In this document: positions 8,862 to 18,176 of the stretch, piece by piece | Layout: each line of letters opens with the position of its first letter | How positions within the stretch are numbered: position 1 is the stretch's first letter | Source: Pseudomonadota bacterium | Lineage (GTDB): Bacteria > Pseudomonadota > Alphaproteobacteria > Rhizobiales > Rhizobiaceae | NCBI GenBank assembly: GCA_039198355.1 | Contig: JBCCTO010000012.1 | Span: forward strand, 8,621 to 72,620 | Direction of reading: 5' to 3' | DNA length: 64,000 nucleotides | Program-made: the position numbers and the translations under genes | Notes under the pieces: generated by a model | What the model was told of the DNA's origin: nothing | The model's input: the letters and a program-made list of their open reading frames with translations, nothing else | The model's database searches: none

Positions 8862-10877
8862 TTATTCGAACTCCATTATAACTTCGTCCACCGCGAGACT
8901 GTCACCCGGGGCCGCGTTGATCTTGGCGACAATGGATTTGCGCTCTGCTCGCAGGATATTTTCCATTTTCATGGCTTCAACCGTGGCCAAGGCCTGGCCC
9001 TCCTGAACTTCGTCGCCTTCGCCCACCGCAATGGAAACCACAAGGCCCGGCATGGGGCAAAGCAATTGTTTGGACGTATCTGGCGGGACTTTCTCGATCA
9101 TGAAACCATTCAGCTCCGCGATGCGGGGCGACATGACGTTGGCGTCCACCGTGGCCCCACGATAACGTAATTGATAGCCGCCAGCCGTCTCGGTCACTTT
9201 GACGGCGATGGGTTCTCCGTCGATGGTGGCCAACAAGAGCGGGTTGCCGGGCCGCCAATCTGTCAGCACTTTGGTCTTGTCCCCCTCTTCAAACTTGATT
9301 TTAGCCCCTTCGTTTTTGGGTTTCATGCGCAGGGTGTGGGAAGAATGGTCGCCCCCGGCTTTGAGCGTGACAACCCAATCCTTGCCCACGCGACGCTTGT
9401 GGTTGGTCATGGCACCGGAAATGCGCGTGCGGCGCAATTGGGCGATCATGTTCATGACGGCGGCCACAGCGGCCAGGTCTTTACGTTGGTCCACAGTAAG
9501 GGATGCGCCCTCAAACCCTTCTGGATATTCCTCTTCAATGAACGCTGTCGTGATTTCGCCGCTCATAAAACGGGGATGGTCCATAACGGCGGAGAGGAAG
9601 GGCAGGTTGTGGCCGATGCCTTCCACCTCAAACCGGTCCAGCGCATCGCGCATGGCATCCAACGCCGCCGGGCGGTCCTCGCCCCATGTGCACAGTTTGG
9701 CGATCATGGGGTCGTAAAACATGGAAATCTCGCCGCCTTCATACACACCCGTATCATTGCGGATGATGGAGCCATCCGATAACGGGCCCTCGGCCGGAGG
9801 CCGATAACGGGTAAGCCGACCGATGGAAGGTAGGAAGTTGCGGTAAGGATCTTCCGCGTAGAGACGGCTTTCCAGGGCCCAACCGGTCAGTTTCACATCG
9901 TCTTGGTCGATGGTAAGTTTTTCGCCATGGGCCACACGGATCATCTGCTCCACCAGATCTATACCGGTGATAAGTTCCGTCACTGGGTGTTCAACCTGCA
10001 GCCGGGTGTTCATCTCCAAGAAGTAGAAATTCTTGTCCCCATCCACGATGAATTCCACCGTGCCAGCGCTGGCGTAATCCACCGCTTTGGCCAGAGCCAC
10101 GGCCTGTTCGCCCATGGCTTTGCGGGTTTTTTTGTCCAGAAACGGGGAGGGGGCCTCCTCAATCACCTTCTGGTTGCGGCGCTGGATGGAGCATTCGCGC
10201 TCGCCCAGATAGATGCAATTGCCGTGGCTATCGCCCAAAACCTGAATTTCGATATGGCGGGGCTGGGTGACGAATTTTTCGATGAAAATGCGGTCGTCAC
10301 CGAAGGAATTGGCGGCTTCGTTTTTGGAAGACTGGAAGCCCTCCCGCGCGCCCTCATCATCCCACGCAATGCGCATGCCTTTGCCGCCGCCCCCGGCGCT
10401 CGCTTTAATCATGACAGGATAGCCGATGTCTTTGGCGATCTTCACTGCCTCATCGGCATCTTCAATTAGGCCCATGTGACCCGGCACGGTGGAGACGCCC
10501 GCATCGGCGGCCAGTTTTTTGGACGTTATCTTATCGCCCATGGCCTCAATGGCACCCGGAGGCGGGCCGATGAAGGCGACGCCTTCTTTTTTCAGTGCTT
10601 CCGCAAATTTCGGGTTTTCGGACAGAAAGCCATAGCCAGGGTGGACCGCCTGAGCGCCGCTGTCGCGGATGGCTTGGATGACTTTGTCGATGACAATGTA
10701 GGATTCCGCCGCCGGGGACGGGCCAATATGGATGGCCTCGTCAGCCATTTGCACGTGCAGCGCGTTGCGGTCCGCATCGGAATAAATGGCGACAGTCTGG
10801 ATGCGCATGCGGCGGGCAGTCTTGATGACCCGACAGGCGATTTCACCCCGGTTGGCGATCAGAATTTTTTGAAACAC
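8862..10877 (-). CDS. pccA: propionyl-CoA carboxylase alpha subunit (biotin carboxylase plus biotin carrier domain)
   Basis: 671 aa. N-terminus MFQKILIANRGEIACRVIKTARRM, ATP-grasp core, and C-terminal biotinylation motif VEAMKMEN. pccB is nearby and scpA is in the same window. Confidence 0.9.
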   Translation of the reverse strand: MFQKILIANRGEIACRVIKTARRMRIQTVAIYSDADRNALHVQMADEAIHIGPSPAAESYIVIDKVIQAIRDSGAQAVHPGYGFLSENPKFAEALKKEGVAFIGPPPGAIEAMGDKITSKKLAADAGVSTVPGHMGLIEDADEAVKIAKDIGYPVMIKASAGGGGKGMRIAWDDEGAREGFQSSKNEAANSFGDDRIFIEKFVTQPRHIEIQVLGDSHGNCIYLGERECSIQRRNQKVIEEAPSPFLDKKTRKAMGEQAVALAKAVDYASAGTVEFIVDGDKNFYFLEMNTRLQVEHPVTELITGIDLVEQMIRVAHGEKLTIDQDDVKLTGWALESRLYAEDPYRNFLPSIGRLTRYRPPAEGPLSDGSIIRNDTGVYEGGEISMFYDPMIAKLCTWGEDRPAALDAMRDALDRFEVEGIGHNLPFLSAVMDHPRFMSGEITTAFIEEEYPEGFEGASLTVDQRKDLAAVAAVMNMIAQLRRTRISGAMTNHKRRVGKDWVVTLKAGGDHSSHTLRMKPKNEGAKIKFEEGDKTKVLTDWRPGNPLLLATIDGEPIAVKVTETAGGYQLRYRGATVDANVMSPRIAELNGFMIEKVPPDTSKQLLCPMPGLVVSIAVGEGDEVQEGQALATVEAMKMENILRAERKSIVAKINAAPGDSLAVDEVIMEFE

Positions 10878-11252
10878 TTAGATAAAACCCATACTTCCAG
10901 CCGCAGAAATGACAATGAACAGCGTCCATTGCGGCAATTCAAACATTTTTTGACGTTTCCAAACCACGAGCGCAATGCTCCACAAGGCAAACGCCATGGC
11001 CAGCCCAGTGCTCGCTATGGCTAGTTCCCATGCAGCGGGGAATTGGGCTGCAAGAGCGTAAAACAGCGCCATGGCGAACAGGGTGATGGTGACCATGTGC
11101 CAGCAATAGTAGTTGGTGTATTTTGAAACGCGGTGCAGATCCGCATCCAGCAGCGGTTGCACAATGTCCTTGCGGGTGGCGAAACTGTGCAAGGCGAAGT
11201 TGAAGAGCGATAGCCCGGCAGCCACCCACAGCCAAAGTGCATTGGTTTCCAT
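10878..11252 (-). CDS. four-helix inner-membrane protein, function unknown, abutting the pccA start
   Basis: ORF 10878..11294, with the start at ATG 11252 (METNALWLWVAAGLSLF). About four hydrophobic helices. Its TAA stop (10880-10878) directly abuts the pccA ATG (10877-10875). Confidence 0.6.
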   Translation of the reverse strand: METNALWLWVAAGLSLFNFALHSFATRKDIVQPLLDADLHRVSKYTNYYCWHMVTITLFAMALFYALAAQFPAAWELAIASTGLAMAFALWSIALVVWKRQKMFELPQWTLFIVISAAGSMGFI

Positions 11253-11303
11253 CGAGCCCCTCCCTTGATGCAAACCGCACTTTGGGCCGTGCAATCATTG
11301 GGG

Positions 11304-11624
11304 TCAACGCAGTTTTACGGCGGTCCCATTCATGGAAACCATCAACATGGAGCCGTTTTGGCCGATGGCCTCATAGTCAATATCCACGCCGATGATGGCA
11401 TCTGCTCCGAGGTCTTGCGCCTCTTCTATCATGTCTTCCATGGCGTGGCGGCGGCCGGAACGAAGGACCTTTTGATAGCCCCCGGCGCGACCGCCCACAA
11501 AATCGCGAATGCCGGCGAAGAGATCACGGAAGACGTTAGCGCCGAGCACGGCCTCCCCGGCCACAACGCCCAGAATTTCGCTGGTCTGACGGCCCGGCAC
11601 TTCATTGGTTGTGGAAATAATCAT
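11304..11624 (-). CDS. YbjQ/UPF0145-family protein
   Basis: 106 aa. [45 protein letters not shown] ... typical of YbjQ. Confidence 0.85.
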   Translation of the reverse strand: MIISTTNEVPGRQTSEILGVVAGEAVLGANVFRDLFAGIRDFVGGRAGGYQKVLRSGRRHAMEDMIEEAQDLGADAIIGVDIDYEAIGQNGSMLMVSMNGTAVKLR

Positions 11625-11633
11625 GGGGTGTCC

Positions 11634-11897
11634 TCAATGGTTGCGCAGGGCATGGATTAATTCATCTTTGGACATGGTGGAGCGGCCTTCGATTTCCAAG
11701 TCCTTGGCTTGTTCGTAAAGCTCATCCTTCGTGCGCTCTTCGTAAGGCGCGGCTTTGCCTCCCTTTTGAGAGGGATTCATGGACTTGTTGGCCTGCGCAT
11801 TGGCAATGCGCGCCGCTTTTTCTTTCGATGCGCCCTCTTCGCGAAGGGCCTCATAGGTATCGGAATTTTTGATAGAATTGCTTTGTGTGTCAGCCAT
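11634..11897 (-). CDS. small charged protein with C-terminal Rho-N/SAP-like helix-hairpin
   Basis: ORF 11634..11957, with the start at ATG 11897 (MADTQSNSIKN). C-terminus is KDELYEQAKDLEIEGRSTMSKDELIHALRNH. Confidence 0.6.
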   Translation of the reverse strand: MADTQSNSIKNSDTYEALREEGASKEKAARIANAQANKSMNPSQKGGKAAPYEERTKDELYEQAKDLEIEGRSTMSKDELIHALRNH

Positions 11898-11941
11898 TGG
11901 ATTTCTCCTTTGGCGGGACAACGGCGGCGGGAGATAATCGT

Positions 11942-12037
11942 TCAACCTTTCAGCCACTCCACCCCGTAAAACAGCACCACCAGCACGGCGATGACGCCGA
12001 GCCAGGTGGCGACGCAGGGCCAGCAGATTCTAGCCAT
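11942..12037 (-). CDS. possible 31-aa hydrophobic micropeptide (MARICWPCVATWLGVIAVLVVLFYGVEWLKG)
   Basis: Hand-found and below the ORF-track size cutoff. Its ATG (12037-12035) lies inside the last codons of the upstream gene (..GTCGATGGCTAG). It forms one predicted TM helix. Confidence 0.25.
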   Translation of the reverse strand: MARICWPCVATWLGVIAVLVVLFYGVEWLKG

Positions 12038-12395
12038 CGACCCAATTCGTCGGGTCGAAGGCTTCTGGGAAGGATTTTTCCGCCACCGCACGGTCGATCA
12101 CCAGCAAGGCGTCGTAAGAGGCCGGATCGAAGGGTTGTTCGGCGGCAATGACTTCGCGCTCGAACAGCCATGACAGGCGACCGGCATCCAGATTGCCGCG
12201 CACGAAGGGTTCATCGCCAAATTGTTTCACCAAACAGGCCATGAAGTTTTCATCCGCCGTGCGGTCTTTGGGCTGACGGTCGGCATAGCGCTTTTTGGCC
12301 ACGAGTTTGGTGGCCCCTTTGGGGTTTTCCCGCCGCAGGGTGAATTGATAATCAGTGCCCGGCAGGCGGGAGGGAAAGCCGCGATGTTTGTGCAT
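12030..12395 (-). CDS. hypothetical protein (121 aa), family not recognised
   Basis: Clean ORF on the same strand as its neighbours, with plausible amino-acid composition (MHKHRGFPSRLPGTDYQFTLRRENPKG...). Confidence 0.5.
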   Translation of the reverse strand: MHKHRGFPSRLPGTDYQFTLRRENPKGATKLVAKKRYADRQPKDRTADENFMACLVKQFGDEPFVRGNLDAGRLSWLFEREVIAAEQPFDPASYDALLVIDRAVAEKSFPEAFDPTNWVDG

Positions 12396-12549
12396 GCGCG
12401 CTATTTAGCGCGGCTTGGGCGGCGGGGGAAGTGCCACCCGGCAAGCGTCTGAGACGCCTTGTTTGACCTGGGGGCAGCGAAGGCCCCCTTAATTGATAGA
12501 GAAGGGCCGACATTCTGTCCTCGGGCTTTGCCCTAGGATGAACGCGAAA

Positions 12550-13218
12550 TTAAGCGCCGTCCCATTGGCAGGCGCGCGCCAGCGGTTTCAGGGCTGTGTC
12601 CAACCGGTGGATGGCGAAACTGGCGCGGCTGGCGGTGTCGCGGTTGGGCATGACGTGGAGTTCCAACTTCCGGCCCGTCTGCCATTGCTCCAGCAGGGTG
12701 CGGGCCTGATCTTTCTCGAACAGACCGATGGAGCGGCGGTCGATGGAGAGGACCAGTTTGTTGCGGGGCACGGTCGCGCCGTCCAGCGTGAGGCTGACCT
12801 CCACCTCATCGCCCACATTCTTCAATTCACGCCCGAAATTGAACCAAAGCGCTGTGGCCCCGTGGCGGCAGGCGGCGAAGAAGTTGAGGCGGGAGCCTTC
12901 CAGATCGCGGGGGTTATTACTGCTCTGCACCGGCAGTCCGATGATGACCCGCCCCACATCCTTGCGCGGCCCTTCATTGGTGGAAACCCGCCATTGGCCC
13001 AGATTATCGGGCCGGGCCTTCGGATCGGCGAAGAGATGGTCGTAACAGGCCAGCCGCTCTTCATTTTTGGAAATGGAAGCACAAGCCGCCGCTCCCTGCG
13101 TCACCTGCGGACCGGGAGCCGCCGGTTTGGCTGCGATGGTGGGCGCAGGGGCGAGCATGGGGGCCGCGAAGCTCGCGCCCAAAATGCCGAGGGAGAGAAG
13201 GATGGCTGGCTTTTTCAT
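12550..13218 (-). CDS. secreted protein of unknown function (weak VasI-like ERLACYD motif)
   Basis: Signal peptide MKKPAILLSLGILGASFAAPMLA, then an Ala/Pro linker, then ..CASISKNEERLACYDHLF.. and a beta-rich C-terminal domain. Confidence 0.55.
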   Translation of the reverse strand: MKKPAILLSLGILGASFAAPMLAPAPTIAAKPAAPGPQVTQGAAACASISKNEERLACYDHLFADPKARPDNLGQWRVSTNEGPRKDVGRVIIGLPVQSSNNPRDLEGSRLNFFAACRHGATALWFNFGRELKNVGDEVEVSLTLDGATVPRNKLVLSIDRRSIGLFEKDQARTLLEQWQTGRKLELHVMPNRDTASRASFAIHRLDTALKPLARACQWDGA

Positions 13219-13311
13219 GAGGCCAGTTTACGCCCCGCTTCTCAAAGGAAGGTTGCGCGGTATGGTTTATGAATGGGTAAGGGCCATAAACGCCAAACAG
13301 GAATATGCAGC

Positions 13312-14045
13312 ATGATTAAGGTCCACCACCTCAACAATTCCCGCTCCCAGCGCATCCTGTGGCTGCTGGAGGAGATGGGGGCGGATTATGAAATCGTTCG
13401 CTACACGCGCGACAAGACAACCAACCTCGCCCCGCCGGAACTGCGCGCCGTCCACCCGCTGGGCAAATCGCCCATGATTGAAATGGATGGGCGGCCGGAG
13501 CACTGCACGTTCAATCTGAACCAAAAATTGCTGCCTCTCAAACAGCATTCTGCTGTTTTCGAACGCATTTTTTGATCCGATTTGATTTTCACTGAACGCG
13601 AGATGCTCTCATCGTGGAATCCGCCGCTATCGTGGAGATGATCTGCGCCAAGTTCGCGCTGCAAATGGTGCCAACGGTCGGAACTGATGCTTACATTGAG
13701 CACCTGGAACTCATGCACTTCGCCGAAGGCAGCGCCATGATGCCCATCCTGCTAGGCCTCTACACCGTTCGATTAGGCGAAGCCGCCGACCCGCTCAAAC
13801 CGCGCATCGAAGAACATTTGCAAAGCCATTTCGCGTTCATGGAGAGCAAATTACGCGACAGCGGCCATTTCGTGCTGGACGAGTTAAGTGCGGTGGATGT
13901 GATGTTGAGTTTTCCGGCTGAGGTGGCGATGAAGCAGGGGCGGGGGGAAGGATTGCACAAGCTGGCGACGTTTGTGGATTGCGTGCACGGGCGCGAGGCT
14001 TGGAAACGGGCTATGGAGAAGGGTGGGGATTATTGGATGGGGTGA
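13312..14045 (+). pseudogene. glutathione S-transferase gene interrupted by a 113-bp MITE-like insertion
   Basis: The N-terminal part (13312..~13494, MIKVHHLNNSRSQRILWLLEEMGADYEIVRY..HPLGKSPMIEMDGR) is in frame 1. The C-terminal part (from ~13608, LIVESAAIVEMI...EAWKRAMEKGG) is in frame 0. Deleting 13495..13607 (113 nt) restores ..IEMDGR|LIVESAAIV.., a normal GST junction. Confidence 0.8.
13495..13608. mobile_element. MITE-like ~113-bp element, copy B (inside the GST gene)
   Basis: Collinear with copy A at 7657..7770, with the same length and the same terminal and internal blocks. The insertion introduces an in-frame stop (..KQHSAVFERIF*). Confidence 0.75.
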
Positions 14046-14076
14046 GCCATTTGAGCCGCCTGATAGGAGCAAAGTG

Positions 14077-15315
14077 ATGACCTTTATTTATGCGCGAAAA
14101 TTTCACGATCTTGTTTATTTGTTTGCGGATACTTTTTCGAGAAATTCTGTAAGTCAAATCGATCCTTGTCGTTTCACAAATCCAATGTTTAAGATCGTGA
14201 GGTTAAATCAACATACCGTTGTTGCATTTGCGGGCAATGCAGAGACTGCTAGAAGGCAATTTAGAACACTTTTAAAAGCGAGTTTCTCAAACACTAAGCA
14301 ATCGCTTCTCGAAATTCGCCGAAAATATATCTATGATAAAGATCGGTACGTAGAGTTTGCGCTATCAGAGATTTCAGAAAAGAGCCTTTATTTTATAAAA
14401 AATGGAGAGTTGACGGATACCAGCGCTAGTTACCTTGGAGAAAAGGCAGCATTCGAAATATTCCAGGCTTCAGAACCTCATATTGCTGATTCAACCGCAA
14501 CAAATTTTAGAATTACCTTAATGCCTGGTGGCGTCTCGCGATTGGCTGAACATAGCGAAAAGCACTTTTCTGATGATCTCCAGCGCTTTAAGTCGACTTT
14601 AGCTGCTTCCAATGTCGACTTTGGCGGGATTTGCATTGGTTACACAAATTCAGATCACCGAATTGGCTATCTGTGTGATACTGATGTTCAGCGCGGCGCG
14701 CTCGTAGAGTCCGAATGGAAGGGGCGGAAAAAATTCCCAACTAGATTTCAAGATACGATTGGGGGCGAGTTTATTGTTTCGCAAGGTGGTGATGCGAGCA
14801 GCATTACGATTTTCTATCCAACTGTATCGATAGCTGTGTTTTATGACTCTGAAAATGCAGGGCAAAGTGCATACGGCTCAGTTAAGAAGTTCGCAGATCC
14901 CTACGAATTCGACTTTTTCTGTCAAGAACATCGATTGCAAACTGTTGCCTCAACCTGGCGCTCGGAGGACAATGATTTATGGAAAATTCATCAACTTATT
15001 TCTGCAAAGCGCTTGCCAGAGGCAAAACGGCTCCTAACATCGATATTTGGATATACTGTCCATTTGATTAAAAAATCGGCTTACATAGAAGTGGGTGTGG
15101 CTGATTTGGAGTCAGGAATTTTGCCATATCTAAAGAAGGCTGGTTCCATTAAATTAAGCATTCAAGATATCAATTTTTTTCATTCTTCCGCGGAAGTTGC
15201 GAAAAAATACTATAGGCTTTCTGGGGAGCGCGACAAATCTAATATTTTTAGTGACGAGGCTGGGTTTTGGAGCGACCAAGTTTCCAAGCCAAACGTACTG
15301 TTTTCCTTCAAATAA
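14077..15315 (+). CDS. AT-rich orphan protein (412 aa); N-terminal ~130 aa resemble an Ntn-hydrolase/proteasome-beta-like fold with Thr2
   Basis: ORF 13972..15315, with the start at ATG 14077 after TAGGAG. Base composition is visibly far more AT-rich than the flanks. The N-terminus MTFIYARKFHDLVYLFADTFSR...FKIVRLNQHTVVAFAGNAETARRQF mimics the T1..(V/L)xxAADT..K(I/L)..G.A.DA pattern of proteasome-like proteins. Confidence 0.6.
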   Translation: MTFIYARKFHDLVYLFADTFSRNSVSQIDPCRFTNPMFKIVRLNQHTVVAFAGNAETARRQFRTLLKASFSNTKQSLLEIRRKYIYDKDRYVEFALSEISEKSLYFIKNGELTDTSASYLGEKAAFEIFQASEPHIADSTATNFRITLMPGGVSRLAEHSEKHFSDDLQRFKSTLAASNVDFGGICIGYTNSDHRIGYLCDTDVQRGALVESEWKGRKKFPTRFQDTIGGEFIVSQGGDASSITIFYPTVSIAVFYDSENAGQSAYGSVKKFADPYEFDFFCQEHRLQTVASTWRSEDNDLWKIHQLISAKRLPEAKRLLTSIFGYTVHLIKKSAYIEVGVADLESGILPYLKKAGSIKLSIQDINFFHSSAEVAKKYYRLSGERDKSNIFSDEAGFWSDQVSKPNVLFSFK

Positions 15316-15333
15316 TAAACTAAGCTTCTCGCC

Positions 15334-16866
15334 TTACAAAGGCAAATTGTCATGCTTCTTCCACGGGTTTTGCAAATCCTTGCCCCGCAGCATCGCAAAG
15401 GCCCGGCATAGCCTTACTCGTGTCTGGCTGGGCATGATGACATCATCAATGAAGCCCTTCTCCGCCGCCACGAACGGGTTTGCAAACCGGTCTTCGTATT
15501 CCTTTGTGTGCTCGGCGATTTTTTCGGCATCGCCCAAATCCTGACGGTAGAGAATCTCAACCGCCCCTTTCGCTCCCATCACCGCAATCTCCGCCGTGGG
15601 CCAGGCGTAGTTTACGTCGCCGCGCAGGTGTTTACTGGCCATTACGTCATAAGCGCCGCCATAGGCTTTGCGGGTGATGAGCGTCACTTTGGGCACGGTT
15701 GCCTCGCCGTAAGCAAACAGTAGTTTGGCGCCGTGTTTGATGACGCCGCCATATTCCTGCGCCGTGCCGGGCAGGAAGCCGGGGACGTCCACAAGCGTTA
15801 GGATGGGAATGGAGAAGGCATCGCAAAAGCGGACGAAGCGGGCGGCTTTGCGGCTGGAGTTGATGTCCAGCACGCCTGCCAGCACCAGCGGCTGGTTGGC
15901 CACCACGCCCACGGTCTGACCTTCCAATCTCATAAAGCCGGTGATGATGTTCTTGGCGAAATCCGCCTGAATTTCGAAAAAATCCCCCTCATCGCCCAGC
16001 TTGGCGATGAGTTCGTGCATGTCATAGGGCTGATTGGGATTGTCAGGGATGAGCGTATCGAGCGAAGGCTCCACCCGCTCCGGGTGGTCGAAAAAGGGCC
16101 GCACGGGGGGCTTTTCGCGGTTGTTGAGGGGCAGGAAATCGTAGAAGCGGCGCATTTGGCGGAGCGTCTCCACGTCATTGTCGAAGGCCCCGTCCGCCAC
16201 GGAGGATTTGGACGTATGGGTCTTGGCCCCGCCCAATTCTTCCGCCGTGACGATTTCATTGGTGACGGTCTTCACCACGTCCGGCCCGGTGACGAACATG
16301 TAGGACGTGTCGCGCACCATGAAGATGAAGTCGGTCATGGCGGGGGAATAGACGGCCCCGCCGGCGCACGGCCCCATGATGACGGAAATCTGCGGCACGA
16401 CGCCGGAAGCCAGCACGTTTTTCTGGAACACATCGGCATAGCCGCCCAGCGAGGCCACGCCTTCCTGAATGCGCGCGCCACCACTGTCGTTGAGGCCGAT
16501 GACGGGGGCGCCGTTTTTCATGGCCATATCGAGAATTTTGCAGATTTTGGCGGCATGGGTTTCGGAAAGAGATCCGCCCAGCACGGTGAAATCCTGCGCG
16601 TAGACATAGACCAGACGGCCATTGATGGTGCCCCAGCCGGTCACCACCCCGTCACCGGGAATCTTCGTCTCCTCCATACCGAAGTCGGTGCAGCGGTGGG
16701 TGACGAACATGTCGTATTCTTCAAACGACCCCTCATCCAGCAAAACTTCCAGCCGCTCTCGGGCGGTGAGCTTGCCCTTGGCGTTTTGCGCAGCAATGCG
16801 CTTCTCGCCGCCCCCCATGCGGGCATGGTCACGGCGAGTTTGGAGCTGGTCGATGATTGTCGTCAT
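15334..16866 (-). CDS. pccB: propionyl-CoA carboxylase beta subunit (carboxyltransferase)
   Basis: ORF 15334..16947, with the start at ATG 16866 ([48 protein letters not shown]). Full-length carboxyltransferase pattern. Confidence 0.92.
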   Translation of the reverse strand: MTTIIDQLQTRRDHARMGGGEKRIAAQNAKGKLTARERLEVLLDEGSFEEYDMFVTHRCTDFGMEETKIPGDGVVTGWGTINGRLVYVYAQDFTVLGGSLSETHAAKICKILDMAMKNGAPVIGLNDSGGARIQEGVASLGGYADVFQKNVLASGVVPQISVIMGPCAGGAVYSPAMTDFIFMVRDTSYMFVTGPDVVKTVTNEIVTAEELGGAKTHTSKSSVADGAFDNDVETLRQMRRFYDFLPLNNREKPPVRPFFDHPERVEPSLDTLIPDNPNQPYDMHELIAKLGDEGDFFEIQADFAKNIITGFMRLEGQTVGVVANQPLVLAGVLDINSSRKAARFVRFCDAFSIPILTLVDVPGFLPGTAQEYGGVIKHGAKLLFAYGEATVPKVTLITRKAYGGAYDVMASKHLRGDVNYAWPTAEIAVMGAKGAVEILYRQDLGDAEKIAEHTKEYEDRFANPFVAAEKGFIDDVIMPSQTRVRLCRAFAMLRGKDLQNPWKKHDNLPL

Positions 16867-17003
16867 GGCAGTAGGAACCGGTAGTAGGATCATTGGCGCC
16901 ACTATTGCAGACGATGCGCGTGTTGCAAGACGCCTTGCGGACCACAAACGAAAAACGCCGGAGCTTTTGGCCCCGGCGTTTCAGTTCGGCGATGCTCTTT
17001 TGA

Positions 17004-17282
17004 TTAGAGAATGTCAGCATCCTTCGTGTTCATCAGCAATTGCTCTGCGCGGGCATTGTCGATGCGATTGGTGAGAGATTTGCTCTCCTCCACGTCGCGC
17101 AGGGTCTTGGTTAGGGCGACGGAGGTGTAAACCAGCATGATGGAAGCCATGGCGTAGAAGCCCTTGGCGGAGAACGAGGCTTCCAGGAAATAGATTCCGC
17201 CTGCCATCATGCTCGCCGCCAAAACGAAAGCGGCGCAGGTGAATGTGGTCCAGATTTGGGCTGTGGTGGATGCATTGTTCAT
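17004..17282 (-). CDS. YiaA/YiaB-type two-helix inner-membrane protein
   Basis: 92 aa. Two TM helices (IWTTFTCAAFVLAASMMAGGIYF, FYAMASIMLVYTSVALT) and a charged tail. It lies directly downstream of the PspA-like gene. Confidence 0.7.
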   Translation of the reverse strand: MNNASTTAQIWTTFTCAAFVLAASMMAGGIYFLEASFSAKGFYAMASIMLVYTSVALTKTLRDVEESKSLTNRIDNARAEQLLMNTKDADIL

Positions 17283-17312
17283 GGGATTGGTCCTTTTCTT
17301 TAGCGGGTTGGA

Positions 17313-18005
17313 TTACTTGGCTTTGGTGGTTTTGGCCTTTGCTTGAAGGCGGGCAAGAACGTCATCGGCGGATGAATTCACGGGGGTGCCAAGCCCTTTG
17401 TCAGCCATGCGTTTGGCGATGGTGGAGGGATTGGCTTCCATCTCCAGTTCCCGCCGGGCTTCTCGTGTCAGGTCCGCTGTACGCTGGCGTTCTTCCAGAG
17501 CGGCGAGGGTGCTCTCGGCCTCTTCAAGACTGGACGTGTTTTGCGGGGCCACTTTGGTTTGCAGCTTCTGCGTGACGGCATTGGCGGTTGCGACGCGCTG
17601 GCCGCGCTTGAGATTGTTGATGCGGCTTTGGGCTTCTCGCACGCGGCTGCGCAGGGTGGTGATTTCATCATCGTAGCGGGCGATAATCTTCTCGCAGGCC
17701 GTGATTTCGTCATCCAGATGGGCGATGGACTGGGCCGCTTCTTGGGCCAAGGCCTCCTCTTTCGCTTCAAGCGCGGCCAGGGCGCGGATTTCAAGATCAT
17801 CCCGCTGGGCTTTGAGACGCTCAGCGCGCTCAGCTTCCTGTTTGTGGCCTGCCATGGCCAGCGCAATGGCATGTTTGGCCGCTTCTATTTCAGCACAAGC
17901 CTCGCGCAATTGCTGGCGCAGCAAGGGCAGGGCGTTTTGGGCGGCGAAGGCTTCTGTTGCATCGGCGGCATTGCCGCGAATGAGTGTGGCAAGCATTTTG
18001 AACAT
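17313..18005 (-). CDS. PspA/IM30 (ESCRT-III-like) family protein
   Basis: ORF 17313..18029, with the start at ATG 18005 (MFKMLATLIRGNAADATEAF). Continuous heptad coiled coil of about 220 aa, typical of PspA/IM30. Confidence 0.8.
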   Translation of the reverse strand: MFKMLATLIRGNAADATEAFAAQNALPLLRQQLREACAEIEAAKHAIALAMAGHKQEAERAERLKAQRDDLEIRALAALEAKEEALAQEAAQSIAHLDDEITACEKIIARYDDEITTLRSRVREAQSRINNLKRGQRVATANAVTQKLQTKVAPQNTSSLEEAESTLAALEERQRTADLTREARRELEMEANPSTIAKRMADKGLGTPVNSSADDVLARLQAKAKTTKAK

Positions 18006-18021
18006 GGGCTGTTTCCTCGAT

Positions 18022-18093
18022 TTGAACATTGTTCACAAATGCACCATACATAAGTTTGAACGTTGTTCAAGGATCTTCTTGAACAACGTTCAA
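18022..18093. promoter_or_regulatory. three copies of a 14-15-bp palindromic operator (TTGAAC-R-TTGTTCA) in the pspA-like/tetR divergent region
   Basis: The sites are 18022-18035 TTGAACATTGTTCA, 18056-18070 TTGAACGTTGTTCAA and 18079-18093 TTGAACAACGTTCAA. The last two also form a perfect 16-bp inverted repeat (18056-18071 / 18078-18093). Confidence 0.7.
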
Positions 18094-18176
18094 TTTTTCG
18101 ATGGCCAGTGGTTAATCAAACCGGTAAGAGGGGTGAGTGGGAGAAATTCCCATGCGTAGGTCCAAGAGAAGTCACC

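Noticed and set aside
12550-13218. Calling the secreted protein a type VI secretion VasI/TagO component.
   Set aside because: Only a short ERLACYD-like motif supports it, and no T6SS genes are in the window. It is downgraded to a secreted protein of unknown function.
18022-18093. GAAC/GTTC-containing repeats, considered as alphaproteobacterial LexA (SOS) boxes.
   Set aside because: The alphaproteobacterial LexA box is a direct repeat GTTC-N7-GTTC. These sites are inverted TTGAAC..GTTCAA palindromes in front of a TetR gene, which fits a TetR operator better.
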